Source: Okamejei kenojei (Eukaryota). From it: a stretch of DNA of 64,000 nucleotides. Shown here one piece after another: positions 1-12,653 of the stretch (its first letter is position 1; the number at the start of each line of letters is the position of its first letter). A program made the position numbers and the translations under genes. Where the stretch lies: contig CM069139.1 of NCBI GenBank assembly GCA_035221665.1, positions 57,412,001-57,476,000 of the forward strand. The letters are read 5' to 3'. The notes below the pieces were generated by a model that was given only the letters and a program-made list of their open reading frames with translations, was not told where the DNA came from and ran no database searches.

Positions 1-182
1 GATCACTCGTACACTAGTTCTATCCTGTAACTCACAAACCTGAACATCTTTGGAATGTGGGAGGAAACCCAAGCAGTCAGCCAGGAAGAATGTACAAACT
101 CCGTACAGACAGCACCCGTGGTCAGGATTGAACCCGGATCTCTGGCACTGTAAGGCAGCAGCTCTACCACTGCGACACCGCC
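1..182 (-). mobile_element. HE1-like tRNA-derived V-SINE, truncated by window edge
   Basis: Reverse complement of tRNA-like head (gcagtggtagagctgctgccttacagtgccagagatccgggttcaatcc) and V-domain (ggtttcctcccacattccaaaga). Confidence 0.8.
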
Positions 183-320
183 TCAAAGTATGTCAGTGAC
201 CCCACCGGCCACCCTTCCCCTCAAGATCCCTCAGTGACCTCACTGATCGTCCCTCACTCAAGTTGCATCAATGAGCCCAATCATTAATCAAGTCAAGTCA
301 AGGGAGTTTATTGTCATGTG

Positions 321-414
321 GTTACACAAAAGGCTGGAGAAACTCAGCAGGTGCAGCAGCATCTAAGGAGCGAAGGAGATAGGCGACGTTTCGGGTCGAG
401 ACCCTTCTTCAGAC
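321..414 (-). mobile_element. 94-bp Penelope-like 3' end with hammerhead motif and 11-bp TSD
   Basis: attgtcatgtg is repeated at 310-320 and 415-425. The insert is homologous to 40448-40542, the end of the GIY-YIG element. Confidence 0.8.
381..414 (-). ncRNA. Minimal hammerhead ribozyme motif (PLE-type)
   Basis: Minus strand: GU CUGAAGA A GGGU-CUCG-ACCC GAAAC GUC GCCU. Core boxes, stem II and GUC triplet are present; stem I is weak. Confidence 0.55.
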
Positions 415-867
415 ATTGTCATGTGTCCCAGATAGGACAATGACATTCTTGCTTGCTGCAGCACAACAGAATATTGTAAGCATAAATACAGAACATTACT
501 TTAATATTAATGACTAATTGGGGTCAAGGAAAGAGCGTTCACGTCGCGGCCCTGTTTCCACCAATCTTTCCACCACCACGCACAAGAAGCACAAGCGACA
601 AGACAGACACGATTGTGTGCAGATGCTGAGAAGTGTGTTCAGCTCTGGCTGAACAACTTCTAATCTTGTGTGTGGACTCGATAAGAAGAAGAATGAGTAA
701 CATGCTAGTCACATGCTTTTTCTGTTGTTTCCTGTTCGCCAGCTCGGGGGGCTTTATGGGTGCTGTTGAATAGAGTTGACTGCTGCCTATGTTGGGAATT
801 GTGCCCCTTTGCTTCTGAGAGTCCCATTGGACCTTCACTTGCTGTAACCTGCAGAGAGCGGTTCTAG

Positions 868-1210
868 GTTCATAAGTTCATAAGTTATAGAAGAAAAATT
901 AGGCCATTTGGCCAATCAATTGTACTCCACCATTCAATCATGGCTGATTTCCCCCTCAACCACATTCTCCTGCCATCTCCCCATAACCCCGACACCCGTC
1001 TTCTTCCCGTAACCCCGACACCCGTACTAATTAAGAATCTGTCAATCTCCGCCTCCATATCCGTCTGTGGCAATGAATTCCACAGATTCACCACTCTCTG
1101 ACTAAATAAATTTCTCCTTATCTCCTTTCTAAATGCAGATCCTTTTATTCTGTCTGGTTCTAGACTCTCCCACTAGAAACATCCTCTCCATATCCACTCC
1201 ATCCAGGCCT
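868..1210 (-). mobile_element. CR1/HER1-type LINE 3' fragment
   Basis: Decayed VNLWNSLPQ motif in ORF 885-1094(-); tail gggaaatcagccatgattgaatggtggagtaca...tggcctaatt. Confidence 0.75.
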
Positions 1211-4200
1211 TTGTTTTGTTTTGGATTACTTGAAGGTTGCGGCACACAGAATCTAACATCGCTGCTTGTGAAAGGTTGTTCTAATGTATTTCTTCTAGAC
1301 CTTAATCTTCAACCAAATTTCCCTCCCACATGGAGCAGCTGTTTAACCATGATACACTTTGCTGGTGATACACAGCCCTGTTGCAGGGATTTGGGATAGA
1401 ATGGAGACGATGGGCTGAGTGGCGGATTGTTCTATGTTTTATCCCGAGGCATTTTCCATGGATTATTTCCCTCGTGGTATATTCAGCCTGTCTGCAATCA
1501 TTTGATAGGTTTATATCTTGATATAATTTTTATTGATCAGTGTTGAAAATGCACAACTGTGGCACTCGATGTGAATGAAAGTTTGTGAATTGGCATGTTC
1601 GATTTTAACAACTGCATTTATCTGCATATTCTTGTCATCTTCATATTTATTCTCTTTCATTCATAAAGTAATTTTCTATCTCCCTAATGTACTATACCAT
1701 AAATTAATCAGAACAATTTGGCTTGTTTAAAGAAAATAACTTTGAACGACTATTATTTAATTGATCTTTTAATTAAATGTGTTAACATTTATATCTTCCT
1801 AAATTTATCAACACTTAGATATTTTCAAATTAGTTGTTTTTTAATTGGTGCATAATTACAGCTCAAATGCACCGATTAGACTTATTTTAATAAACATTTT
1901 GTGCTCTAATAACTACTTGAAGTAATTCGATCCAGCAAACCTTACCCTAGACTTGAAATGAAATATATCTAATAAGAATGGTTGCAAAATAGACTTTTGT
2001 CTGTCGCTTATTATCATTTAAGTAGAACCTTTTGCGTGGGCAAGTAGATATTTTTAAAATCTTGCCAAAGAATAGGAAGGTGAGACAGAGTAATTACAGT
2101 TGTAGGGAATACAACAAATTAAATAATGCATTGACTGCGTGGGAGTTGGTTGACAAGTGAATAAAAATAAAATAATTTGAACCTTAACGAGTGAACACCT
2201 TGCTTCATTCCAGAGGTAAACTTGACAATGGTTACAGTATGGCTCAATAAGAGATGAATCACCTATTAGCAGACCAAGTTTGGAGAGAAAATAAAACAAG
2301 CTCAACTTGATGGTGCAGTAAAGGATTTCACATACTGTAATATACACTTCCATTTTTCCTTCAGCTATTCCAATTAAAGTCATAGTACATTTTATTATTA
2401 ATCCTCCCAAAGATAATATGGTCCAGTTATCATCAGCAGTAGGCCAGCTGTTAGCTGTCTATCAACCACCTGAAGTGGACAAGCTGAGCAGGAGCAAGAA
2501 TGTCATTCCTTTGATCTGGCAAAGAGCAGCTGCTGATTTATGTACTAAGACTTTGTTCTTCTGTTCTATTTTACTTTCTTTCCTAAGGCAGAACCATGAA
2601 ATCTGGTGGAAAACTGCATTGTTCATTGCAACATCAACAAGCTCTGACAACTGCAACAGGCTTTCGTTGGCTTCAAGACAGCTCTCAGGCATCTCTTCTG
2701 ATGCTCACCTTTCGAGATTCAGTTGTTATTGTTCAATTTAACTTCTGTACATTGAATGGACTGTGGCCAACACGCCTGGGGCATAAACACACCTGTATGA
2801 AAGGAGCCTTATTGTGGCAACTATCTCGTCCAAACTACATACATACTTCCCATTTCCATACTAAGAAAGAATGCTCCATCCTCCCCTATGGCACTTCTTG
2901 CCTGAAGTGCACTTCATATTTCCGCTGACCTGTAAAGCCTTATCCACAGTCAAGAGCATTTTTCCTTTTTTATTTATTAAGGCTATAAGACCTAAAGAAT
3001 GGGGATTAGAGAGGTAACTTTATATTTGGCTGTCTGTCAGTCACAAAACAAAATTTCTCTCAGGATCCACGGAGCAAATCAGAGTGAAGTTTCCTTATTG
3101 GGATTAGTTCCATTAGTCCAGACCCAAACATTTTAGTTTGACATGTATATTGCTGAAGTAAATTCAGCTCTTCACCCTCCACACATATCACCAGCATACA
3201 GCATTCAGTAGATGCAGCGTTAGGCTGGCCTCTCATTTACAGAGTGCATGGTAGATGTTTTTGCAAAAAGATTTCTGGATGGTCCAGTGAACGATTATCT
3301 TTGTAGATAAATCTGATGTGGTTAAGATGCTTTGCTATTAATCATCCATGATGATAAACTCTTAACATAATCAATACCTCACTTTTATGCGACGGTGTTA
3401 GATTACTTGATTGAATTAGAGATTATATTAATGGACTTAATAAATCCTGAACTCAACATGTAGAGCGATGAGTTTCAATTTTTTATATTAAACACAAAAC
3501 AATCTGGAGGTAATTATAGTTTTAAAACATTGTACACAATACAAGCAACTAGAAAATAGCTTATTATTTTGAACATGGCTCTTCATAGTACAGAGAAGTA
3601 AACCATATATTTGATGCCATCTTATAGTCAGCTGCTTGGTCTACCTTACAAATCTTTGAAACCACTAGTTCAGGTCAATAAACTGAAGTGCCTGACCTCC
3701 AACTACTCTTGCAAGTGTCATTTAGAATAAGAGCAGTGAATCACGAACAGAGTAGAAAATATCTCAATTATGGGACTGATTGACTCCATAGAGAGTTGTT
3801 GCTCTGTCATTACTGTAGACAGGGAGCAGCCTGTATTGTGTATTAGCAGAGTTTTAAATTATTTTCAGTGGAACAACAGCAGGGCAATTCTATACAAGGG
3901 TAGAGTGATAATTATTTAATCAATATTGTCTAACATCATTCCTACATTCAACAGCCCCCACTCAGAGATAACACAAAATACCAATTTCATTCTGCCTTAG
4001 TTTCTGCACTATTTACATAAGGAATTGTCTACAAGTTCTGATCTTCAGCAACCAAATCAAAAAGTGCAACCACAGTTTTGCAATGGAATTAAACTTCACT
4101 TTTTTTTTAATGTGCTCAATGTGAAATGTATTTTAGGGCACATCATGTAAAGCAAACACTCAACATGGGATTTGAATCTGAGTTAAATCTGTACCTACTG

Positions 4201-6305
4201 GTAGAGCACTGGATCAACCTGACTTCTTGCAGATCCCAAGGCAAAACCCACAAAGCCTAACTGTCAAGAAAACGCAAATGAAAGGAGATACTGGTTGTAG
4301 AGTGGTGTGTCAGGTTCATCCCTGAGGCCAGCGAATTGTGTTTTCTGAGTCGTCTGACATTAATAGTGCATCGAGCTCTCCCTCCTTTACACTCATATTA
4401 AACCTCAAGTATGTTTGCGCGAAAGCCTCTATCCTCTGACTATTTGTTTCAATTTACAATGGAATTAATTGAACTATCCGTAGATAGCACTCTTTGTATG
4501 CCCAACCACGGGGTACTTCTAAATAGGAAATCATTCCCTTGTGTGATTTACATCACACATGATTTTACAATATTTTTCTTACTTGTACTCTCCAACCTCT
4601 GTCACTAAAACCCAAGTTTATCAATTAAACAAAAATCCATGTTAGACTGAAGTGACTTGCCCAAATGACCAAGTCTCAGAGCAGAAGGATAAATGTGATA
4701 TAATGAGCTATCACTGGTTTCCTAACATCTTTATGACTGATGTGCATTTTTCAAAATAGCTTCTTCTCCACTTGCTGAAGTTGTATACAGTGGATTTACA
4801 TAATACTGCCAAATATCAACATAATTAATGTGCACGTTCAATATCAATGCCATTAAACTATGTCAATACATTAGCTTTCCACAAAAAGCATGAATAATTT
4901 GTGCACATTTAGACAAGGTTAAATGATGGTAGCAGAACCAACCTAAAGAGGGTGCTATTTTAAACTTGTCAACTGGATTTTTCAACTTTCTTTATCCCCA
5001 TTGTGGCCCTGATTATCTAACAAGTGACTTATCTTTCAGCATTTACAGAGAGACATGAGGAGTCGACCTACTTTGATAAAACTTTCATATCCAAGCAAAG
5101 ATAAAAGATAATGGATAACCTTGAAGTGCTCAAGTTCCTAAATTTCTCAATATTTAACAATGTCAATTTTTTTGGGGAAGAAAAGGGACCTGTGTATAAT
5201 GAGAGGACTGATTAGTACTTTTTAAAGCAAATTCTAAAATATAGTTATTCATTAGGTGAGCAACAAGATTGGAATATAATTTGAACATTTGGCTCGTATT
5301 TATGGGAATATTAAGCTGTTCCATTCCCCTTTGCAGACCTATAATGGTTTGGCCAATAGAGACCAAGGTTTCACACACAGGGGATCAGAAACTGATGTCT
5401 AGACCTAACCACTTAAGACAGGTGACTATTAGTCACAGTCCCCATGGTGACTGCCTCTTAACTGTCTGTCTGGTCTACATTAATATCTTAAGATTTTTTA
5501 TTTATAAACTCCAATTTAGAAAAGGTGCCAACTTAAGCCATTCCAACTGTGCTGCAGAGATTAATTTTCTGTAATACAAACATTTTATTTTAGTAACTGG
5601 CAGTCTTAAGCAAAAGTAAAGACTTCTTGAAGCAGCCAATGACAGTAGTTTTCCATTCCTGACATTTAGAAATTATAGAGCAAATCTCAACCATTAATTG
5701 GCACATTCACAAATTACCATCTATATCAGCAGTCCAGTGAGGTTTGATAACATTAGCCCTTCTGTGGAATCTTCTTTAATTCAATTTATCTTCACCTTCT
5801 ACCAAATATGGTGTTCCACCTTAAACGTCTGTATGCCACAAGCAGACTATATCACTACTTTGAGTGTTACTGATAGCCTCTATGAAATGTGTTCTCGCCT
5901 GTGAAGCCAGCAGGTCTTCTGTTTGGTAAACAACTACAAGCATTTCAAATCCCTTTTACACCATTTTCTCTCCTTTCTTCCTGACATAGTGAGTGCTAAT
6001 TACATTCCTTTGAAAATATAGTATTTTTGCACTATCTATACCACAGGAACGGTGAAAATGTATAACATACCACGTATAATGGAAGGAATCTAAAAGTGAA
6101 TTGATCGTTCTGGGAATTCAGTCCAATTGTACCCCAGGAGCGGGAGAGACTGGAAACGTTGCCAACTAGAACAGGTCAGCCAATGGTTTTTGCCCTGCCA
6201 GTTATAAAGAAGTCTTGCTAAACTCCCAGGGCTGTAAAGATGAGCGCTGGCTCGGAATAAAGTTTAACCATATTCTACCAAGGGCAAATTAAACAGGAAA
6301 ATAAG

Positions 6306-6670
6306 TTGAGTTTAGTTTATTGTCACATGTACTGAGGTACAGTGAAAAGCTTTTGTTACGTGTGAACCAGTCAGCAGAAAAGCAATACATGATCACAATG
6401 GAGCAATCCACAGTGTACAGATACAGGATAAAGGGAATAACGTGAATAATTTTTAGTGCATGATAAAGTACAGTAAGGCCCAATCAAAGATAGTCCGAGG
6501 GTCTCCAATGGGGTAGATAGTAGCTCTGGACTGCTCTCTAGTTGTTGATAGGATGGTTCAGTTACCCCATAACAGCTGGGAAGAAACTGTCCCTGAATCT
6601 GGAGGTGAGCCTGTACTTATGTACATTTTGCCCGATGGGAGAGAGGAGAAGAGGGAGTGGCCAGGGTGCA
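6306..6670 (-). mobile_element. Rex1/Babar-like LINE 3' fragment
   Basis: Tail catgtgacaataaa(ctaaa)n on the minus strand; RFRDSFFP-like C-terminal motif at about 6575-6600. Confidence 0.7.
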
Positions 6671-6861
6671 CTCAGGTCTCTTCAACAGAAAAACCAGTAA
6701 AGCTTACTCGCAATTCTATCATGTTTTGGAAAAGGAACATCAGCAACAAGAGAAGGCCATTCAGCCCATCGTCACACCTACATTACCCTTTGGTTGGATC
6801 CTATCTGGTCTTCATTTCAATTACATTTATTTGACTTGGCTCCGTTTTGCTCAATTTACAC

Positions 6862-6958
6862 TTCCCTTCCAAAGACTCCATACAGACAGTACCCATAGTC
6901 AGGATCGAACCTGTAAGGCAGCAACTCTACCCCTGCATCACTGGCCACCCCTCTACCA
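6862..6958 (-). mobile_element. V-SINE fragment
   Basis: ctccatacagacagtacccatagtcaggatcgaacc...taaggcagcaactctacc. Confidence 0.65.
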
Positions 6959-7202
6959 CTCTTTTTAATTCTGGGTACCATCATTTTCAGTACCCTCTAT
7001 CAATGGACATAATTTTCCTACATCACGTCTGTAAGCTCCTTCCAACATTTTGAACACTTTAATTGTCCACATGCCCATTTATACCATGGGTCCTTGTATC
7101 CTTTATAAAGGATAAACCCTAACAAGTAAAAATTTGAATTTAAAGTTACAGTGCTTTTTAATGCCAATCTATTTGAGCTTTGTGTTAAAAATAGAATTTC
7201 AT

Positions 7203-7317
7203 GGTTTAGAGGGATATGGGCCAAATGCGGGCTGGTGGGGCTAGTGTAGATGGGAAGTCTTGGTCGGCATGGGCAAGTTGGATCGAAGGGCCTATTTCCA
7301 TGCTGTATGACTCTATG
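7203..7317 (+). mobile_element. CR1/HER1 LINE 3' tail
   Basis: ggtttagagggatatgggccaaatgcggg...gaagggcctatttccatgctgtatgactctatg. Confidence 0.75.
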
Positions 7318-7929
7318 AATGTACAGTACCATGTACTACTGACCGTATAGATGCTCTGCATAAGGCCTCACCTTAAACTAACGTTATACTGCAGCAGATG
7401 TGAGTCTAAATGATGGGTGCTTCACTGCTAGGAATGGACATACATCACAGGGTAGATTGGATTTGATGGCACCTTTAAATTATAGAGCGCAATTTGTGTT
7501 GAGACTAAGTTAGACCCTGTGTGCACTGAAGCTAACTGGATGGCTTAAACTATAAATCTTACACGATGGGCAGGTGCTGCCTTGAAGACTTCTGTATTCC
7601 GCATATAAAAGGGAACAGCGAGTGGGAGTTGCTTCAATTGGCAATTCAGTAAGGTAGTTGCGAAACTCAAGTGCAGAATACATGAAGACTTGTGATAATC
7701 CAGACACCATCAAAAAGAACATTTTACAAAATGTAATGCAGAAAGCACACGTGAAAATAGATGCTCTTTCCCCCTCACTTAGCTGTTTAAAAGCGCAGCT
7801 TCACATTGTTCTTTATATCTGTTATAGCGAGTTTTATTTTGACATTGTTTTTAGTGATTTGCTGTGAAATATCAGACTGACTGCTCACTCCAACCCCCTC
7901 CTCAACCACTTCCCTCAACCATTTTCCCC

Positions 7930-7932
<3 letters not shown>

Positions 7933-7960
<28 letters not shown>
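7933..7960. repeat. poly-C tract
   Basis: About 28 consecutive C. Confidence 0.9.
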
Positions 7961-8890
7961 AGCCCCAATTGCTCCTTTTTATAGCCTTCGATGGCCTTTT
8001 CATCTCAGTGATGCTGTCGTTGGTCACAAATCTCACTGCTATTCCACTGTGACATCTTCACTCGTTTGCTGCTGCTCATTAACAAACAATACTGCTGTGA
8101 AATTGGTTTAATGACAAAGTAATAAAATTGCTATTCAACTCACAGATTGCCCGAGGCTCCTCGAGCTCCTACAAGGCTTACACTGTGTGCCAAGATGCAT
8201 TAAGCTGCTTATTTGTGTACACTGCATCCTTCACTCTGTTTTAGTCTATTTTTCTCTGTCTATATTCAATACTGTTTCCCTACTGCCTCCCACCTTAAAA
8301 TTAACGTTGATTTATGCGTGTAACCTGTGCCACATTGACTCGGTGTGCTACATCACACGGCTGGTACTATAGATATTCATAAAGGAAACATGGGCCCTCA
8401 AACAAAGGAAACAAACCATTAAATATACAATTCTCTATTTAGATTTATCACAATATTAGCAGATAATTTTGACCTGTATCTTCTCAAATATGTAATATTT
8501 CCAATCTTACTTTTTGAACATCTTAATACCTTGCTCACAAGTATTAAAGGGCATGTGTTAGAAAAGGCTTCATAAATTTTTGTTTACAGAACAGTGATTT
8601 GTGCCATTGATGCCATCAGATTAACCATAACATAAATTTATGGTTTTAAATTAAGTCATAATTTAAATGGTTAAATTAAACCATTTAACCATTTGTAAGT
8701 GTTTAAAATGCCACAATTTCTTGCTTGGCAGAGAATGCTGAGGTTGTATTTACTATGCCTTGACAATTTTCTTTACAGTAGAAAGTGAACGTAAATACAT
8801 TATGGCTAAATCCCTCCAGAGAATGTTAAATATACACTGTTGTTCGTGATGGATGAGGCTTCTCTGAACTGTCCCCACCATCATATATTG

Positions 8891-8980
8891 GCACAAAATG
8901 CAGGAGTAACTTAGCGGGTCAGGCGGCATTTCTGGAGAAAAGGAATAGGTGACATTTCGGCTCAGACTCCTTCTTCAGAC
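8891..8980 (-). mobile_element. Penelope-like 3' end, degenerate hammerhead
   Basis: cacaaaatgcaggagtaacttagcgggtcagg...aggtgacatttcgg...ccttcttcagac. Confidence 0.75.
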
Positions 8981-9646
8981 CGCTATCACCAGACCGCTAT
9001 CACCTCCCCTTACTCCACATGATGACACTGCTCCTTTAAATATCAGTTTGCCTTCTCGCTTGGGCTATTTGAAGATTTTATTAATACAAGATGTACGCAT
9101 ACCTACAAAGCTGTTTTTGCTGCCACCTGTTTTTCATAACGAGTGCCCATTTTCTAAAACTACTTGGTTACCATTTCTAGAGGCCACCACCTCCCCCCTG
9201 ATTTACTGTTGATGGACAAGAGTGAAATAACCAAACAGCTATGTAACAGGTGGGTAATTCTAATTATAAGCAGCCAACATTTTTATTGTTATAATGTAAG
9301 GAACTCTTATGAGTTATTTGAGCTTTTTTTTTGCTTGTTTCCTAAAACAAGCCTTTTGGCTTTCTTGAAGCAGTGGTTTGGTTTGGAACAGTTCTGTTCA
9401 ATGTGCACAAGGAATGCCTGGCAAGCGCTTAATGGTGCAGTGAAACACAGTAGTCATGTGGCCACAAGAGGCAAATGGTTAGTGTGGGGGGAGCGGCTGA
9501 TGGGTAGTCATTGAAGAAAAGTGTTTTATAACCAGACATGTCAAACAATGTGAGAGAGCAATCTGAGAAGGAGGTCACCAATAGTCTGGAGGAGGTGGTT
9601 CAAGAAGACACAATTCGTGGTGGAAATGGGGGAACAAAAATTAAAG

Positions 9647-9937
9647 CGCAGCACACAGTAGTGCAGCACCAGAGACCCAGGTACGACACTGACCTCGGGT
9701 GCTGCAGTGAGGAGTTTGCGCGTTCTCCCTGTGAGTGTGTGAGTTTGCTCCGGGTGCTCCGGTTTCTTCCCACATCCTAAAAGACCTGCAGGTTTGTTGG
9801 TTAATTACCTTCTGCAAATTGCCTTCCAAGTATGCAGGAAGTCGATGCGATAACATAGAACTAGTGTAAATGGGTGACCAATGACCGGCATGGACTTGCT
9901 GGGCTCAAGGGCCTGTTTCCACGCTGTATCTCTAAAC
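9647..9937 (+). mobile_element. V-SINE, near full length
   Basis: V-domain ctccgggtgctccggtttcttcccaca; tail gggcctgtttccacgctgtatctctaaa. Confidence 0.8.
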
Positions 9938-9994
9938 CCAATAGGTAGTAGGAGTATGGGGAGGATAGCTGAGGCAGGATGTGATGTTTCCAAG

Positions 9995-10165
9995 GAGCTA
10001 TCCAAGTGCGGGATCTTGTCTATGTCTTGCCACATGTAGTCATGGACTGCCTCATGTACTGTTACAATGGAATCAAACATTGTGCAATCATCTGGGAACA
10101 TTCCCACTTCCGACATCTTGGAAGGAAGATGGTTGATGAAGCAGCTGAAAATGGCTGGGGCTGGG
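9995..10165 (-). mobile_element. Old CR1/L2-clade RT fragment
   Basis: PAIFSCFINHLPS..EVGMFPDDCTMF, a decayed FINDLP...FADD region, in ORF 9805-10320(-). Confidence 0.6.
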
Positions 10166-10354
10166 ACATGGCTACGAGGAACTCCCATGGTGAGGTCATC
10201 ATATTGGCAAGATTGGCCTCTGTAGCCACAACCATTTCCCCATGTGTGACACATGAAGCCAAGTACGCAAGTGTGCGCTGCCCACTTTGAGGCAACTGTA
10301 AAATTGCCATAGCTCACCATCCTGGCTAATATTTATCCTTAAACTGATGTTATC

Positions 10355-10612
10355 GGAAAATGTGGATAGGTGATGTTTCGGGTCGGGACCCTTCTTCGGA
10401 TAGATTGTAGGTGGGGAGCAGGGAAAGAAAACTGGGAGAGAGGAGAGGAAGGATAAATCATGACCCTTCTCCCTACCAGCAGTCTGCAAAAGTTATCTAG
10501 ACCGGAAACGTCATCTATCCATGGTCTCCAGAGATGCTGCCTGACCTGCTAAGTTACTCCAGCACTTTGTGTCCTTTTGTGTCAACCAACATTTGCAATT
10601 CCTAGTTTCTAT
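10355..10612. mobile_element. Head-to-head pair of Penelope-like 3' ends
   Basis: Minus copy ggataggtgatgtttcgggtcgggacccttcttc; plus copy agtctg...ggaaacgtcatctatcc...gagatgctgcctgacc. Confidence 0.7.
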
Positions 10613-11067
10613 TTTTTAGAAAACATATTTTCCGATGATATTCAAATGGCAATTTTTGGGAGATTGTCAAATGTAATTAACTAACATGTTTCCTTCGTAA
10701 CAACAGCAACAAAGAGTAGTAGCCAATTTTTTTCAGATGGCCTGATTTTGGATGAGGTGCCAGAAAGCATTGGTACATGGTTAATGTTTCAAGTGCATGA
10801 TCTTTTATCCGACATTTCATCAGTTTGGATTTGAACCGCATGTGGCTTCACTTTGCAGGGGTTTGTTGAGATGGGAAGACGGACTATGTCCACCAATTGT
10901 CCGCAGAAACAGTTCACATCCAAAGACAGTTCTGCTGATGCTGCACTATTTTGGATTAAAGGTTTGGCTCATGAAGGGCTTATTTTCAGACAAGCAAATG
11001 AAATAACTGCCAGGGGCTTGGATAAAGAGGATGAAAGATGGATTTGAGTGTTATATAGTTGATCTTA

Positions 11068-11387
11068 TAGCCCTGTCCCATGGTGCGAGTTCATTCCAAG
11101 AGCTCTCCCGAGTTTTAAAAAAATCAAACTCGTGGTAAGCACGGAGAATGAACGTAGCGGGTACGTCGGAGCTCGGGGACGTCGCTTAGCGCTAATGGCA
11201 GGTACTCGGGAAGACTCGCTAATGGCAGGTAAGCACGGGAAGACTCGTGAAGATCTTTCAACATGTTGAAAAATGTCCATGAGAGCCCCGAGTACCGACG
11301 AGTGGCCATTACCATAAATCTCCGAGTTCGAATCAGGGCAAACTCGGGAGAACTCTTGGAATAAACTCGCACCGTGGGACAGGGGTT
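11068..11387. mobile_element. MITE, PIF/Harbinger-type (TTA TSD)
   Basis: About 48-bp imperfect TIRs (ccctgtcccatggtgcgagttcattccaagagctctcccgagttt / aaactcgggagaactcttggaataaactcgcaccgtgggacaggg); tta at 11065-67 and 11388-90. Confidence 0.8.
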
Positions 11388-12027
11388 TTAATATTCTGGA
11401 TAGCATCATTGAGGGTTATAACACAAACGGCAACAGCAGAAGTAAACCACAGAAGGAAGGTAATAGTAACTAAAATGATTGACTCTTCCTTACGAGCTAC
11501 CAATCTTGTATTCAGTGATAATGTCTGTACCTCTCTGTCAGAAGACTATGGGTTTGAGCAAATAATTATCTCAGGTGGAATTTACAAAATTTCACAATCA
11601 TAGATTAGCCAACAGAAGCAGTAAATTTCTTCACATAAACGAGCCAAAATGCATCCCTCAGCCTCGACACCAAGTAGATTATCTGGTCACTTATGTCAAA
11701 GCCCTTTCAGTCAAACTGACAGCCACATTTCCCTAACATATTCAAATGCAGGCAAGGTCTGAGCTTCACGGGTGGAGAGCTATAGTTTTGATGAGGAAGT
11801 CTTGGTATGGATCAAATCTCAGCACACATGAGCAGTTAGTTGGCAGGATGCAGCAAAGATTTCAAAAGTGGCAATGCTCGGGAGATGCGACGGAACATAA
11901 TAAGCATCTGGGCTGGCTAAGATTAGATGCTGAGAGAAAAGTTCTGAGAGAAAAAAGCACTTGAATTATGTCAATTCAAGGGAAATTTTGAACAGGAACC
12001 AGCAACTGATTTTTTAACCTTTTTCTT

Positions 12028-12323
12028 TGTTTAGTTTAGATACAGCACGTAAACAGGCCCTTCAGCCAACTGAGACCACGCCAATCAACGATCCCCACAG
12101 CACTATCCTACACATTAGGGACAATTTGCAATTTTTACCAAAGCCAATTAACCTACAAACCTGTATGTCTTTGGAATGTGGGAGGAAACCGGAGCACCAG
12201 GGGTAAACCCATGCGGTCACGAGGAGAATGTACAAACTCCGTACATACAGCACCATAGTCAGGATTGAATCCGGGTCTCTGGCGCTGGAAGGCAGTCACT
12301 CTAACGCTGCGCCACCGTGCCGC
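12028..12323 (-). mobile_element. V-SINE, full length
   Basis: Tail (tttag)n atacagcacgtaaacaggcccttc, V-domain and tRNA head ending gcgccaccgtgccgc. Confidence 0.85.
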
Positions 12324-12347
12324 ACCATCTGACTCAGATCACCATTA

Positions 12348-12653
12348 AGGGCCTGTCCCACCATACGAGTTTACCCAAGAGCTCTCCCTAGTTTAAAAAA
12401 AAATCAAACTCGTGGTAAGTACGTAGAATGTACGTAGCGGGTACATCGGAGCTTGGGGCGTCTCTTAGTGGCTCGTAACGCTAACGGCAGGTACTCGGGA
12501 AACGCGGTAAGCTCGTGAAGTTTTTTTCAACATGTTGAAAAATGTCCACGAGAGCCCCGAGTACCTACGAGCCCATTACCGTAATTCTCAGAGTTCGAAT
12601 CAGGGGAAACTCGGGAGAACTCTTGAATTACCTTATATAGTGGGACTGGCCCT
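12348..12653. mobile_element. MITE, same family as 11068-11387
   Basis: tta|agggcctgtccca ... tgggactggccct|tta; internal sequence collinear with the first copy. Confidence 0.8.

Larger units (their letters stand above)
287..500 (-). mobile_element. LINE 3' tail (Rex1/Babar-like), interrupted by a Penelope-end insertion
   Basis: Short tandem tail (aagtc)n followed by tttattgtcatgtg..., similar to the Rex-type tails at 6306 and 53455. Confidence 0.5.

Noticed and set aside
8976-9003. 14-bp tandem duplication cagaccgctatcac
   Set aside because: Simple local slippage at a TE edge, not a TSD flanking an insert.
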